Source: Acidobacteriota bacterium
GTDB lineage: Bacteria > Acidobacteriota > UBA6911 > RPQK01 > JAJDTT01
DNA length: 64,000 bases
Reading direction: 5' to 3'
Assembly: GCA_965209055.1 (NCBI GenBank)
Contig: OZ242374.1
Coordinates: forward strand, 2,400,001-2,464,000
Within the stretch, counting starts at the first letter, position 1. Every line of letters begins with the position of its first letter. The notes below the pieces were generated by a model. It did no database searches. It had not been told where the DNA came from and saw nothing but the letters and a program-made list of their open reading frames with translations. Position numbers and translations under genes: made by a program. Below are positions 45,937 to 55,823 of this stretch, in pieces.

Positions 45937-46923
45937 ATGACAATGAATCGCAGACTGTCCGGTTGCCTTTTTCTCTTATCCCTGCTGGTGGCGCCGCCCC
46001 AGGCATTCGGCAGCGATGACGGTCCGTCGTGTGCGGAGAATTCCGTCGTCGCCAGCGCCGTGCAGACTCGCGAAGACGTTCGCGCATTCGTTCAGTGCGC
46101 CTACGAATACGCCATTGAGATGGGGCCGGAAGAAGCTCGCAGGGCGTTCAACGAGGACGAGCGTTGGAATAGCGGTTCCATCTACGTCTTCATTTCCGAA
46201 TCGACGCCGGAAAGCGATCAGGCCCATCACTTTGTTTTCCCGCCCGAACCCGAGCGGGAGGGAACTTCGCGCGGACTCCTGATCGACGTCTTCGGCAACG
46301 ACTACTACAAGGAGCAACACCGCATCACCAGCGGCTTCGGAGAAGGTTGGTTGTACTATTCCTTCACGAATTTCGCGACCGGCAGGGACGAGCCGAAGGC
46401 GACCTACATCAAGAGCATCGACTGGAACGGAACCCCGGCCGGCATCGGCGCGGGAATCTACCTGCGGGACATTCCGGGCTCCTGCAATCGGGAAGAGGTC
46501 AACGCAGCGGGACTCCTTGCCGCTCCTTCCCATCGGAGCTTGCAGGAATTCGTCCGGTGCGCGGCCATGGAACTGGAGGCCATGGGGTATTTCGCCTCCA
46601 TCAGCTTGTCGGCGGATCCGCGCTGGAGGCAGGACTCGGTCTATGTGTTCGGGGTGGACGGGAACGGCAACACTCTGTTCAGCGGCGAACCCTACCGCTG
46701 GGGCGGCTGGACCCTGGGCGGAACCGGCACCGAGCTGACCTCGCTCGAGGATCGGGACGACCTCAGCGTGGCCGACGCCTTCGGTGAGACCTTCCTCTAC
46801 TACAGGTCCCGAAACCCCTCCACCGGCATGCAGCAGCGTAAGGTGGTATTCGTCAAGCGGGTTGTCACCTATGGCCTGCCGATCCTGATCGGCTCCGGCT
46901 ACTATCTTGAGGATGAGGAATAG
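45937..46923 (+). CDS. Exported protein with two Cache domains, paralog 2
   Basis: Same architecture as 44916-45893 with a near-identical C-terminal domain. Confidence 0.75.
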   Translation: MTMNRRLSGCLFLLSLLVAPPQAFGSDDGPSCAENSVVASAVQTREDVRAFVQCAYEYAIEMGPEEARRAFNEDERWNSGSIYVFISESTPESDQAHHFVFPPEPEREGTSRGLLIDVFGNDYYKEQHRITSGFGEGWLYYSFTNFATGRDEPKATYIKSIDWNGTPAGIGAGIYLRDIPGSCNREEVNAAGLLAAPSHRSLQEFVRCAAMELEAMGYFASISLSADPRWRQDSVYVFGVDGNGNTLFSGEPYRWGGWTLGGTGTELTSLEDRDDLSVADAFGETFLYYRSRNPSTGMQQRKVVFVKRVVTYGLPILIGSGYYLEDEE

Positions 46924-46965
46924 GCTCCCGGGTCCCTGAATCAAGTCCGGGTTCCGGGCCCTGAA

Positions 46966-48465
46966 TCACCCCATTTCGTTCTTGGCCTTCTGCAACAGCT
47001 CCAGTCCTTTCGCCGCGATGGCATTTCCCGCCGGACGCGCGAATGGAGGCCGCAGGTAGTAGCGGTAGGCGGCCGACATGTACTCTCCGTCCCCCACGTC
47101 CTGGCTGGCTCCGATGTAACCCAGGTACCCGTTGCTGTAGGCCGCCGGAATCGTCATGGGGAAGGGGCTTCCCCGACGGATCTGCCGCCCGATGTCGGAA
47201 AAGGCTTCACAGGGGATGGTCACGACGGCCACGTCCCCCAGAACGATAGCCTGCACCGGCACCGGCAGGGACGCGGGCAGCGCCGTGCCCTCTTTTTGAA
47301 CCTTCAAAGCCCAGTCGGTCCATCTCAGCAGCGGCCGGGCCAGGTTCCTCCGGTATTTCATCTTCATGGTCGCGGAAAAGTTGTAGCCCAGGACCCGGAG
47401 CGTGTCGGGGTCGCCGGCCTCGGTTCTCCGCTGGAAATCCATCAGTTCCTGCCGCTGTTGCCGGAGTTCCTCAGGTGAGGGCAGGGGACCATAGGGAACC
47501 TGGGCCGTACCCCAGGCCAGGGCCAGGGCGGACCTGGAATTGGGCCGGGTTTCGGACGCGGCCCGGATGAAGGCGTCTCCCAGGCGCCGTCCGGCGGCCC
47601 GGGCCCTTGCGGCGCCGTCGAACATGCCCTTGACGTTGATGTCCCCCGCGCAGCCCTGGAGGAAGAACCCCACCGGCCGTTGGGGGTGAAACGATTCCAG
47701 CAGGTCCAGTATGGCCCAGCCCGAGAAGTCGGGATTGATCACCGGTTCCTCCAGGTTGTAGGAGGCCACCGGGTGGCCCGTGAAATGTCCCATGACGGCC
47801 AGAGGCGTACCGTCGCGCCGATCGAAGCGAAGCAGCGAAACCAGGGGATCGTTGGCGCCCTCGAAGTCCCCCAACAGAACCCGGTCCTCCTCTCGCATGA
47901 AGTAGGTGGAACCGTCGGGCCGGACCCCCTTGCGGTTGTAGGTGATGGAGGACTCCTCCGTTGTCGCCCAGGAGAGTCTGGCCGGCTCGAAACCGGCCTC
48001 CAGGGAACGGGCGGCCTCCCGGAGATTCCTGAAGAACCGCTTCCCGAACCCTCGTGCGTTGTTCCTCAGGCCGCCCAGGGTGACGACGGAGTGGTTGTGG
48101 GTCGCGGAGGTGATGGTCTGCTCCTGGGGAATGCCCAGTCCCCGGGCCAGATGGCGCCGTCCCTCGGACCAGATGTTGTAGTCGCTGTTGGCCCAGCCCA
48201 GAGTCAGCTTCCCCTGCCGCAGAGCCAGGAGACGGGTCTCCATGGGACCCTCGATCTTCCGGACCACCGGATTGACGCCCAGGGTCGGAGACGGGACGCC
48301 TGTGGGCGGGGTGCAATCGAAGCGGAGGGCGGAGATTTCCAACTCCCCGCGGCCCACCATCACCTGATCGGCCGCCGGTTTCCCCCACGCACGCCGCGGA
48401 AACGGCAGCAGGGAAGCTCCCAGACCCACCAGAAAGTGACGCCGGCCGGTGCTTCTTCTCACCAT
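46966..48465 (-). CDS. Tat-exported neutral/alkaline ceramidase-like hydrolase
   Basis: GRRHFL Tat motif; SATHNHS, FTGHPV, FLQGCAGDIN and PCEAFSDIG motifs. Confidence 0.65.
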   Translation of the reverse strand: MVRRSTGRRHFLVGLGASLLPFPRRAWGKPAADQVMVGRGELEISALRFDCTPPTGVPSPTLGVNPVVRKIEGPMETRLLALRQGKLTLGWANSDYNIWSEGRRHLARGLGIPQEQTITSATHNHSVVTLGGLRNNARGFGKRFFRNLREAARSLEAGFEPARLSWATTEESSITYNRKGVRPDGSTYFMREEDRVLLGDFEGANDPLVSLLRFDRRDGTPLAVMGHFTGHPVASYNLEEPVINPDFSGWAILDLLESFHPQRPVGFFLQGCAGDINVKGMFDGAARARAAGRRLGDAFIRAASETRPNSRSALALAWGTAQVPYGPLPSPEELRQQRQELMDFQRRTEAGDPDTLRVLGYNFSATMKMKYRRNLARPLLRWTDWALKVQKEGTALPASLPVPVQAIVLGDVAVVTIPCEAFSDIGRQIRRGSPFPMTIPAAYSNGYLGYIGASQDVGDGEYMSAAYRYYLRPPFARPAGNAIAAKGLELLQKAKNEMG

Positions 48466-48531
48466 TTTTTTATAGCCATAATAATTCGCGCCGGCACGGA
48501 AAGATGGATCGCCCGGCGGGAGCCGTCGCTC

Positions 48532-49314
48532 CTACCAGAGGGTGTAGCCTCCATCGATGACGATGCTGGCTCCGGTCACATAGCGGGAGGCGTCGCTGGC
48601 CAGGTAGACGGCCAGCGGTCCCAGGTCTTCGGGTTGCCCGAAGCCACCCATGGGGATGTTGGCTATGAAGGTCTTGATCACCTGGGGGTGGTCCTTGGAC
48701 CAGCGGAGGTTGGGCTCGGTCATGAAGCCTCCGGGACAGATGGCGTTGACCGTGATGCCGTGGGGCGCCCAGTCGGCCGCCACGGCCCGGGTGAAGTGAA
48801 TCACGGCAGCCTTGGACGTCTCGTAGTGACGGCCGCCGATGTCGCGGGCCACGATCAGTCCGTTGATGGAAGCATTGTTGATGATTCGTCCTCCCTGGCC
48901 CCGGCTCACCATGGCCCCGCCGATGATCTTGGTGCAGAGAAAAGTGCTGGTCAGATTCAGGTCGGTGAGGCGGCGCCATTGTTCCAGGGTCATCTCCGTG
49001 GTGGGAATGTTCTCGCGGCGTCCCCCCACGTTGTTGATCAGGATGTCGATGGGCCCATGATCCCGGAGGGCCGTCTCGCAGGCCCGCTCGCAGTCCTCCA
49101 TATCGCCGACGTCGGCCTGGATGGGAAAGGCCTTCCGGCCCCGGCTCACCAGATCCGCAGCCGTCCGCTCCAGGGAGGCTCCATCCCGTCCCACCAGGAT
49201 CACGTCGGCGCCGGCCTCGGCGATGGCCAGGGCCATCTCGCGCCCCAGCCCCCGGCTGCCGCCGGTGATGAACATCTTCTTTCCCGTCAGTCGAAACCGG
49301 TCAAATACGCTCAT
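48532..49314 (-). CDS. SDR oxidoreductase (gluconate 5-dehydrogenase-like)
   Basis: TGGSRGLG, NNVG, YETSK and DGGY motifs. Confidence 0.92.
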   Translation of the reverse strand: MSVFDRFRLTGKKMFITGGSRGLGREMALAIAEAGADVILVGRDGASLERTAADLVSRGRKAFPIQADVGDMEDCERACETALRDHGPIDILINNVGGRRENIPTTEMTLEQWRRLTDLNLTSTFLCTKIIGGAMVSRGQGGRIINNASINGLIVARDIGGRHYETSKAAVIHFTRAVAADWAPHGITVNAICPGGFMTEPNLRWSKDHPQVIKTFIANIPMGGFGQPEDLGPLAVYLASDASRYVTGASIVIDGGYTLW

Positions 49315-49336
49315 GATTTATTTCTCTTTGGGAACT

Positions 49337-49431
49337 GGAGGGGCGGCTTCCAGCCGCCCGTTCCCCCGTTTCCCATTCCGCTCGTCTCCCCATGCCGCCC
49401 CCGGAGTTCGGCGGTTGGAAACCGCCGCTCC
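49337..49431. repeat. REP-like inverted dyad
   Basis: GGAGGGGCGGCTTCCAGCCGCC (49337-49358) and GGCGGTTGGAAACCGCCGCTCC (49410-49431) are 19/22 complementary; each is itself a hairpin. Confidence 0.6.
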
Positions 49432-49439
49432 CCTCTTTC

Positions 49440-50465
49440 CTAATCCCCGTGCGCGTCCCGCCAGTCGAACACCACGTTCATGATGGTCTTGTCCCGGTGG
49501 TAGGCCATCTCGTAGGCCTCCACCATCCGAGTGTAGTGGAGCCGGTGGGTCACGAGGCGCTTGGGTTCCAGCAACCCGTCGGCCATCAGCGTGAAGAGGT
49601 GCGACCGGTGCCGTGTCTGCTGGACGTCGCCGCCGGCTCCGGGAAAGAGGTTGGGATCCTCGCCGCTGACGGCGATGAGTGAGATCCCTTTGATGTAGAA
49701 GAGCTGCATGGAGAGGGGGTTGAACTCCAGACCTTCCTCACCGCGGCCCAAAAGGCTGACGATGGAGACGCGGCCACCGTCCCGGACGATCTCCACGGCG
49801 GTTCGGTAGGCGGGCCAAGGGTTGGCCGTCAGTATGACCAGGTCGATGCCGCGTCCGGAGCTGAACTCGTCCAACTTCTTGGCCAAGTCTGGATCATCGC
49901 TGCGGAAGAGGCCGTGGGCCCCCATGTTCTTGGCCATCTCCAGCCGCAGGTCGCTGTTGCCGATGGCGGCAGTGCGCGCCCCATAGAGGGGGCCGACGGC
50001 GACGGCTCCCAAGCCCAGAGTCCCGAGCCCGACCACGGCCACGGTTTCGCCCGGCCGGAAGAGTCCCTTGTGATAACAGTGGGCGCTCAGGGAATAGAGA
50101 TTCGCGAACACCGCATCTTCCGGTTCAACGCCGTCGGGAACCGTGACCAGGGCCCCCTCGGCGGGAGTACAGATGTACTCCGACTGGTGGTGCATCTGGG
50201 ACAGGACCCGGTCTCCAACTTTGAAGCCTGTGACGTTGGAGCCGACGCCCCGGACTTCGCCCAAATTGCTGTCACCTACCCACCGGGGATAGACGGGGGC
50301 TCCGGGGACGTCCTCGGCCCCTTCGTAGTTGCCGCGGTCGGTCCCGATCTTGAATCCGGTCACGATGGTCCGGACCCAGACCTGGTCCGGCGCCAGATTC
50401 GACGGGTCGAGCTCATGGTCTTCGATGCGAAGGTCCCGGGGGCCGTGCAGGATGGCGATCTTCAT
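49440..50465 (-). CDS. MDR-family (alcohol dehydrogenase-like) oxidoreductase lacking canonical Zn ligands
   Basis: GroES-like N-domain, GLGTLG Rossmann motif; KIGTD and GDSN replace CxxD and GHE. Confidence 0.8.
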   Translation of the reverse strand: MKIAILHGPRDLRIEDHELDPSNLAPDQVWVRTIVTGFKIGTDRGNYEGAEDVPGAPVYPRWVGDSNLGEVRGVGSNVTGFKVGDRVLSQMHHQSEYICTPAEGALVTVPDGVEPEDAVFANLYSLSAHCYHKGLFRPGETVAVVGLGTLGLGAVAVGPLYGARTAAIGNSDLRLEMAKNMGAHGLFRSDDPDLAKKLDEFSSGRGIDLVILTANPWPAYRTAVEIVRDGGRVSIVSLLGRGEEGLEFNPLSMQLFYIKGISLIAVSGEDPNLFPGAGGDVQQTRHRSHLFTLMADGLLEPKRLVTHRLHYTRMVEAYEMAYHRDKTIMNVVFDWRDAHGD

Positions 50466-50638
50466 CTGGGCTTGCTCCTGGTCGGTATGTCAGTCCTGGC
50501 GAAATTCGGGAGTGCCAACGTTACCAGCCCGTATCGACTTTTGCCACGGTCCGGGAGGAGCGCAAATGGGCGCAGAATTCATCGCCTGACTATCGCGGAA
50601 AGAGAATCGGCACTATCCTGGAAATAGGAGATCGGCCT

Positions 50639-51241
50639 ATGACGGCGAAGCGGATTCGGCGTAGAGACGCCCTCAAGACGATGGCGGTGGGCTCTTCCGG
50701 TCTGGTCCGGTTGGCCGTGTCGGCGCCGGTGGCGGGATCCGCCCCGGGAGCGGCCGCGGCAGCGGCTCAAGGCGCGGGCGGGGCTTGGACGCCCGGTTTT
50801 CTGACGCCGGATCAGGGCGAGCTGGTGGCGACGCTCGCCGAACTCATTATCCCGGAAACCGGCACTCCCGGGGCAAGAGCCGCCCGGGTCCACGAGCACA
50901 TCGATCTGGTCTTGAGTCACGAGACCGATGAGGTTCGAAAGGCATTTCTCGAGGGACTGGAGGAGGTCGACCGCCTCAGCCTCGTCCGGTACGAGAAGGA
51001 GTTTGTCCGGCTTTCTCCCGAGGACCGGGAGGCGCTCCTGAGCCGGCTTGCGGATCCGGAACCGGATCAACCTGAGGAAGGGGCGGGACACCGCTTCTTC
51101 CGGGACCTGCGCCGGAGAACGGTGTTCGCCTACTACACCTCCCGCGAGGGGATCCACCAGGAACTGGGGTACCAGGGAAAGCAGGTCCTGGCCCAATGGG
51201 AGGGTTGCCCCCATCCCGGCCATCACGGGGACGGTGACTAG
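50639..51241 (+). CDS. Gluconate 2-dehydrogenase subunit 3 family (Tat signal)
   Basis: RRRDALK; IIPETGTPGA and YYTSREG motifs. Confidence 0.85.
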   Translation: MTAKRIRRRDALKTMAVGSSGLVRLAVSAPVAGSAPGAAAAAAQGAGGAWTPGFLTPDQGELVATLAELIIPETGTPGARAARVHEHIDLVLSHETDEVRKAFLEGLEEVDRLSLVRYEKEFVRLSPEDREALLSRLADPEPDQPEEGAGHRFFRDLRRRTVFAYYTSREGIHQELGYQGKQVLAQWEGCPHPGHHGDGD

Positions 51242-51257
51242 CCTTCGAGGTTCGGCA

Positions 51258-52943
51258 ATGGCCCAGCGTGAATACGATGTCCTGGTCGTCGGCAGCGGCG
51301 CCGCCGGTGGCATGGCGGCCAAGGTCCTGACCGAGCATGGACTGGAGGTGGTCGTGCTGGAGGCCGGACCCTCCATCAAGAACACCGACTTCCTGACCCA
51401 TGCCATGCCCTACGATTTCCCTTTTCGGGGACGGGGCAACCCCCAAGTCATCCGGAAGGACGGCTTGCTGGCGGCGAGGGAGCAGACGCCGTTTTCCGGC
51501 TACTACGCCAAGGAAAGCGAGCATCCCTACACCAATGCTCCCACTACGGGCGCGCAAAAGCCCTACAAGTGGACGGGACGATCCCGGATTCTGGGGGGGC
51601 GGACCCTGCACTGGGGCCGCCAGTCGTTCCGCCTGGCCGAGTTCGACTTCAAGGCGGCGAGCATCGACGGCTTCGGGGTGGACTGGCCCTTCACTTACGC
51701 GGACCTGGCGCCCTACTACGACAAGGTGGAGGACTACGTGGGAATCCAGGGGTTCCAGGAGGGCCTGCCCCAGATTCCGGACGGACGGTTCCTGCCCCCC
51801 TTCGCCTACAACTGCTTCGAGCATCTGATCCGGAAGGCGGCGGCCCGGAAAGGCTGGCGCATGACGGCCCTCAGGACCGCCCAGTTGAGCCGGTACCACC
51901 GGGGACGGCCGCCCTGCCACTACTGCGGAAGCTGCGGCTCCGGATGCGACATCGGGGCCTTCTTCTCCAGCATCGCCGTCACCCTTCCCGACGCCGCCAA
52001 GACGGGAAAGCTGACCCTGCTGACCGACGCGGTGGTCCGGGAGGTGGCGGTGGACAAGGAAGGCCGGGTCCGGGGCGTCTCCTATGTCGACCGGAAGAGC
52101 AAAGTGGAGCGGAAGGTCCGCGCCAAGGTGGTGGTGTTGGCCGCCGGCACGCTGGAGTCGACCCGGATCCTGCTCAATTCGGTGTCCCGTTTCCACCCCC
52201 AGGGCATGGCCAACGCCAGCGGTGTCCTGGGCCATTACCTGACCGATCACTTCACGGCCGGTCAGGTGATCGGGGTCCTGCCCGAGCTGGTGGGATCGAA
52301 AATCCGCAATGACGACGGCAAGGCCAATGGATCCTACATTCCCCGGTACAGCAATCTGGGAAACCGCCATCCCAATTTCCTTCGCGGTTACGCGATCATG
52401 GTCAAGGGGGGCAGCAATGTCTTCCCGGGACACGCCGACCTGATCGGCGGTTTCGGAGCCGGCTACAAGAAAAGGATCAAGGATCTGCACCCGGCGGTGG
52501 TCCGGATCTACGCCCGGGGGGAGCCGCTACAGATCTTCGACAGCTACGTGGAGATCGACAAAGAGGTGGTGGACGCGTGGGGAATCCCGGTCCTGAAGTT
52601 CCACTACAAGCGGACCGACAACGACTACCACATGCTGGACGACGCCTTTCAGAATCTGCAGGAGCTCATGCATGAGGCGGGAGCCGAGATCCTCAGCGAG
52701 GACAAGTCGCTGAGCGCTCCCGGGCGGATCATCCACGAGATGGGGACCACCCGGATGGGCGACGATCCTCGGACCAGCGTCCTGAACCAGTTCTGCCAGG
52801 CCCACGAGATTTCGAATCTGTTCGTCATGGACGGCGGTTGCTGGCCCAGTTCCGCCTGCCAGAATCCTACCGAAACCATTCTGGCCATCGCCTGGCGGTC
52901 CAGCGACTATCTGGCGGAGCAGTTCCGGACGGGCGATCTCTGA
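51258..52943 (+). CDS. GMC-family FAD oxidoreductase (glycoside 3-dehydrogenase-like)
   Basis: GSGAAGG, GGRTLHWG, CHYCGSCGSGC, HEMGTTRMG and NPT motifs. Confidence 0.9.
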   Translation: MAQREYDVLVVGSGAAGGMAAKVLTEHGLEVVVLEAGPSIKNTDFLTHAMPYDFPFRGRGNPQVIRKDGLLAAREQTPFSGYYAKESEHPYTNAPTTGAQKPYKWTGRSRILGGRTLHWGRQSFRLAEFDFKAASIDGFGVDWPFTYADLAPYYDKVEDYVGIQGFQEGLPQIPDGRFLPPFAYNCFEHLIRKAAARKGWRMTALRTAQLSRYHRGRPPCHYCGSCGSGCDIGAFFSSIAVTLPDAAKTGKLTLLTDAVVREVAVDKEGRVRGVSYVDRKSKVERKVRAKVVVLAAGTLESTRILLNSVSRFHPQGMANASGVLGHYLTDHFTAGQVIGVLPELVGSKIRNDDGKANGSYIPRYSNLGNRHPNFLRGYAIMVKGGSNVFPGHADLIGGFGAGYKKRIKDLHPAVVRIYARGEPLQIFDSYVEIDKEVVDAWGIPVLKFHYKRTDNDYHMLDDAFQNLQELMHEAGAEILSEDKSLSAPGRIIHEMGTTRMGDDPRTSVLNQFCQAHEISNLFVMDGGCWPSSACQNPTETILAIAWRSSDYLAEQFRTGDL

Positions 52944-52962
52944 GTCACGCTGCCACGGTTCG

Positions 52963-54849
52963 CTACATCAACATCCTGTGACGGTCGTCCGGAGCCTGAT
53001 CCTGCGGCTGACCCGGCGTGGCCGGCACTCTCAATTCGACTTCCGCCCCTGTGGCGGGTGAAGCGATCTTCAGTTTCGCTCGTTCGCCATAGCAAAGGCG
53101 GAGGCGCCGCCGCACGTTCGCCAGCCCTTGGGCGCCGGTTGGCGGACGTTTTGCAGGAAATCCGGGGCCGTCGTCCGAGACGATCACCTGCAACGTTCCG
53201 CCGACTATTCGGGACTCGATCCGAACCGTTCCCTCGTCGATTCCGGTGCTCACGCCGTGTTTTACGGCGTTCTCGACCAGGGGTTGGATGGAGAGGACGG
53301 GGACGGAGATCTGCAAGGTGTCTTCGGCAATGTCAATCGCGGTCCGCAGGCGCTCTCCGAGACGCAGCCGCTCGATCTGGAGGTAGGCTTGGACGATTCG
53401 CATCTCCTGGTCCAGAGACACGAACTGGCGATTGCCTTGCAGCGAGTAGCGGAAGATCTCAGCCAGACTGACCAGGGTCTCCCGGGCGTCCACAGCGGAT
53501 CGAGGAATCGTGGCGTACAGCGCGTTCAGGGAGTTGAACAGGAAGTGGGGGTTGATCTGGGCCCGGAGGGCGTCCAGCTCCGCTTCGGCCACCAGCCGAT
53601 TGAGTTCGGTCCGGCGCCTGCGCTCCAGTTGATCGGAGAGTTCGGCGGAGAGCCGGTCCAGATCCTCCAGGTCCCGGCTCAGATATCGGTGTCCGCCCCG
53701 CCGGCGACCCAGCAGCAGACGGCAGGTCTCATCGCCGCTTGTTCGGATGGGAACTTCGACTTCCGCCCAGCGATGGCGTCGAGACTTGCCGTCGGTTTCC
53801 CGGTCCGGCCGAATCCGGGTCCGAATCAACTTTTGCCCGGTTTTGATGCCATCTTCCACGACCTGCCAGCGCTCCGCTTTGGCGAAACGGGCCATCACCT
53901 CGCCTGCGCGGCCCAGAGATTCCTCGCCGCCCTCGTTGTCCTCGAGACAAGCACGGATCTCCCCGAGTGCCCGTTCGGGATCGCCTCGCCGGAAAACGGT
54001 GGTTTCCAGGCGATTCTGCACGCGCTTCCGCATTGCCGGAAAGGCCACCAAGGCCAACCCTCCCGAGACGATCAGGATGGACTGAGCGAAGGGAGCGTTC
54101 GAAGTGGGCTCCAGCAGACCCAGAAATCCGGCGAGTCCCAGCAGCAGAATCGCCGCTGCGGCCGCCATCAGGGCATTGCCGAGAAACCGCACGAACACGT
54201 CCAGCAACAGCAGTCGGTGGGCTTGCAGGAGAATGACGAGAGCCAGAGGGATTCCGGCGTGGTGCAAGATAATTTGATGAGCCCAGGCATCGGACCCGTG
54301 GCTCGAACCGAAGTGAATAAAGGAGACTGCGAAGAAAAAGAGCGCCATGGCCGCGATGGCACGCAGGCTGGCGCCTTTGAGCCGGCGCTTCTGCCGGGCC
54401 AGGGCCGAGGCCGCGAGGAGCGCCAAAGCACCGAATCCGAATGTGATCAGGAGCAGTCCGAATCGGTGCGAGGACTCGCCCCCTCCGAACAATTCCGCCA
54501 GGTGGGTGGCCACCGCGGTGAAGGACAGCAGGTAACCGCAAAGGAGAATCCAGCGTGGGCCGGATCCCAACGAGAGATGGAGCAGGACCCCCGGAAGCAG
54601 ACTCAGAACGGCGAAACTCAAGGCCACGGCGATTGACGTGTAACCGCCTCCGAGTTCGACGGTGGTCAGGACCGTCAGAGACAGAGCATTCCAGAGAAGG
54701 GCCAAGGTGGCCGCCATGGCCGGCACCACGAAATCTCCTCCCGGATCCCGTCGCCGTCCCAGCCACAGCAGGCATAGGAATGCGCCGAAGATGATGACGC
54801 CCGCAGCGTGTCCCAGCGCATTGATGATGAATGGGAGGTTCCCTTGCAT
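52963..54849 (-). CDS. LytS-type membrane histidine kinase
   Basis: About 8 N-terminal transmembrane segments; LRAQINPHFLFNSLN, QPLVENAVKHG, DDGPG and GLANVRRRL. Confidence 0.92.
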   Translation of the reverse strand: MQGNLPFIINALGHAAGVIIFGAFLCLLWLGRRRDPGGDFVVPAMAATLALLWNALSLTVLTTVELGGGYTSIAVALSFAVLSLLPGVLLHLSLGSGPRWILLCGYLLSFTAVATHLAELFGGGESSHRFGLLLITFGFGALALLAASALARQKRRLKGASLRAIAAMALFFFAVSFIHFGSSHGSDAWAHQIILHHAGIPLALVILLQAHRLLLLDVFVRFLGNALMAAAAAILLLGLAGFLGLLEPTSNAPFAQSILIVSGGLALVAFPAMRKRVQNRLETTVFRRGDPERALGEIRACLEDNEGGEESLGRAGEVMARFAKAERWQVVEDGIKTGQKLIRTRIRPDRETDGKSRRHRWAEVEVPIRTSGDETCRLLLGRRRGGHRYLSRDLEDLDRLSAELSDQLERRRRTELNRLVAEAELDALRAQINPHFLFNSLNALYATIPRSAVDARETLVSLAEIFRYSLQGNRQFVSLDQEMRIVQAYLQIERLRLGERLRTAIDIAEDTLQISVPVLSIQPLVENAVKHGVSTGIDEGTVRIESRIVGGTLQVIVSDDGPGFPAKRPPTGAQGLANVRRRLRLCYGERAKLKIASPATGAEVELRVPATPGQPQDQAPDDRHRMLM

Positions 54850-54979
54850 CGGTTTGAACAGTCTACTATGAGCCCCAGGAAGCAATCTTCATGTGCTCTC
54901 CGGTCACCGGCGTTCGGCGGATCAATTGGTAGAATCGGGGATCGATGGCGTCCGAACGGCGATTGAGGAGGTTTGAAAC

Positions 54980-55741
54980 GTGCCCGTGAAGAGACTGCGC
55001 GTACTGGTCGTGGACGACGAGCCGCTGGCCCGCCGCGTGCTTCTGGATGGGCTGGACCTTGTGGAAAACATCCAGGTTGTGGGCGAGGCGGACAATGGTG
55101 AGACGGCTTTGCAGCAGATTGGCCGTCTCCAGCCGGACCTGGTTCTCCTCGACGTCCAGATGCCGGTCATGGACGGTTTCCAGGTGATTCGGCGGCTCAA
55201 GGGTCCCCTGCCGGCCATCGTGTTCGTGACCGCATACTCCGAGTATGCGCTCGATGCCTTCGAGGTCGGCGCCGTGGATTACCTGCTCAAGCCGGTCAGC
55301 GAGGATCGCCTCGGAATGGCTGTCGGCCGGGCCCGCCGGGCCCGGCGCAGGCCCCGGGAGAGCGCCCTCAGAGTGGAGCGAACCCTGGCCGCTCTGGAAA
55401 GGCGCGAAACCCGGACTGTCGCCAAGCTGGTGGCTCGCCGCGGGTTGGACTACTACCTTTTGGACCTGGACGACGTGTACGCACTGCAGGCGGAAGGAGA
55501 GATCGTTTGGATTCTCACCTCACGCAGGAAATTCCGGGCCGTGCACAGTCTGGGGAGTCTTGAGGAACGACTTCGAGGGACCCAGTTTCAAAGGGTTCAC
55601 CGAAGCGTGCTGGTGAACACGAACCGGATTCGAAAGATGAGTGCTCTGAGCAGCCGCCGTTGGCTGCTGATCCTGACCAATGGCCTGAAGTTCATCGTCA
55701 GCAAGCGCCGGGCGCCGCTGGTGCGGGATCTGCTTTTGTAG
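54980..55741 (+). CDS. LytTR-family response regulator
   Basis: VDDEPLAR, LDVQMP, DYLLKP and FQRVHRSVLVN motifs. Confidence 0.93.
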   Translation: MPVKRLRVLVVDDEPLARRVLLDGLDLVENIQVVGEADNGETALQQIGRLQPDLVLLDVQMPVMDGFQVIRRLKGPLPAIVFVTAYSEYALDAFEVGAVDYLLKPVSEDRLGMAVGRARRARRRPRESALRVERTLAALERRETRTVAKLVARRGLDYYLLDLDDVYALQAEGEIVWILTSRRKFRAVHSLGSLEERLRGTQFQRVHRSVLVNTNRIRKMSALSSRRWLLILTNGLKFIVSKRRAPLVRDLLL

Positions 55742-55823
55742 CTGCGAGGGGTATAGAGGGGGGGACTGCTCCTACTCGCCGACAGGGATGGTTCCGCTCC
55801 ATGGACAGGGATGCCGCGGCTTC

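Noticed and set aside
46928-46968. Short direct repeat CCGGG(T)CCCTGAATCA occurring twice
   Set aside because: Only two copies of 15-16 nt between convergent genes; not an array or CRISPR
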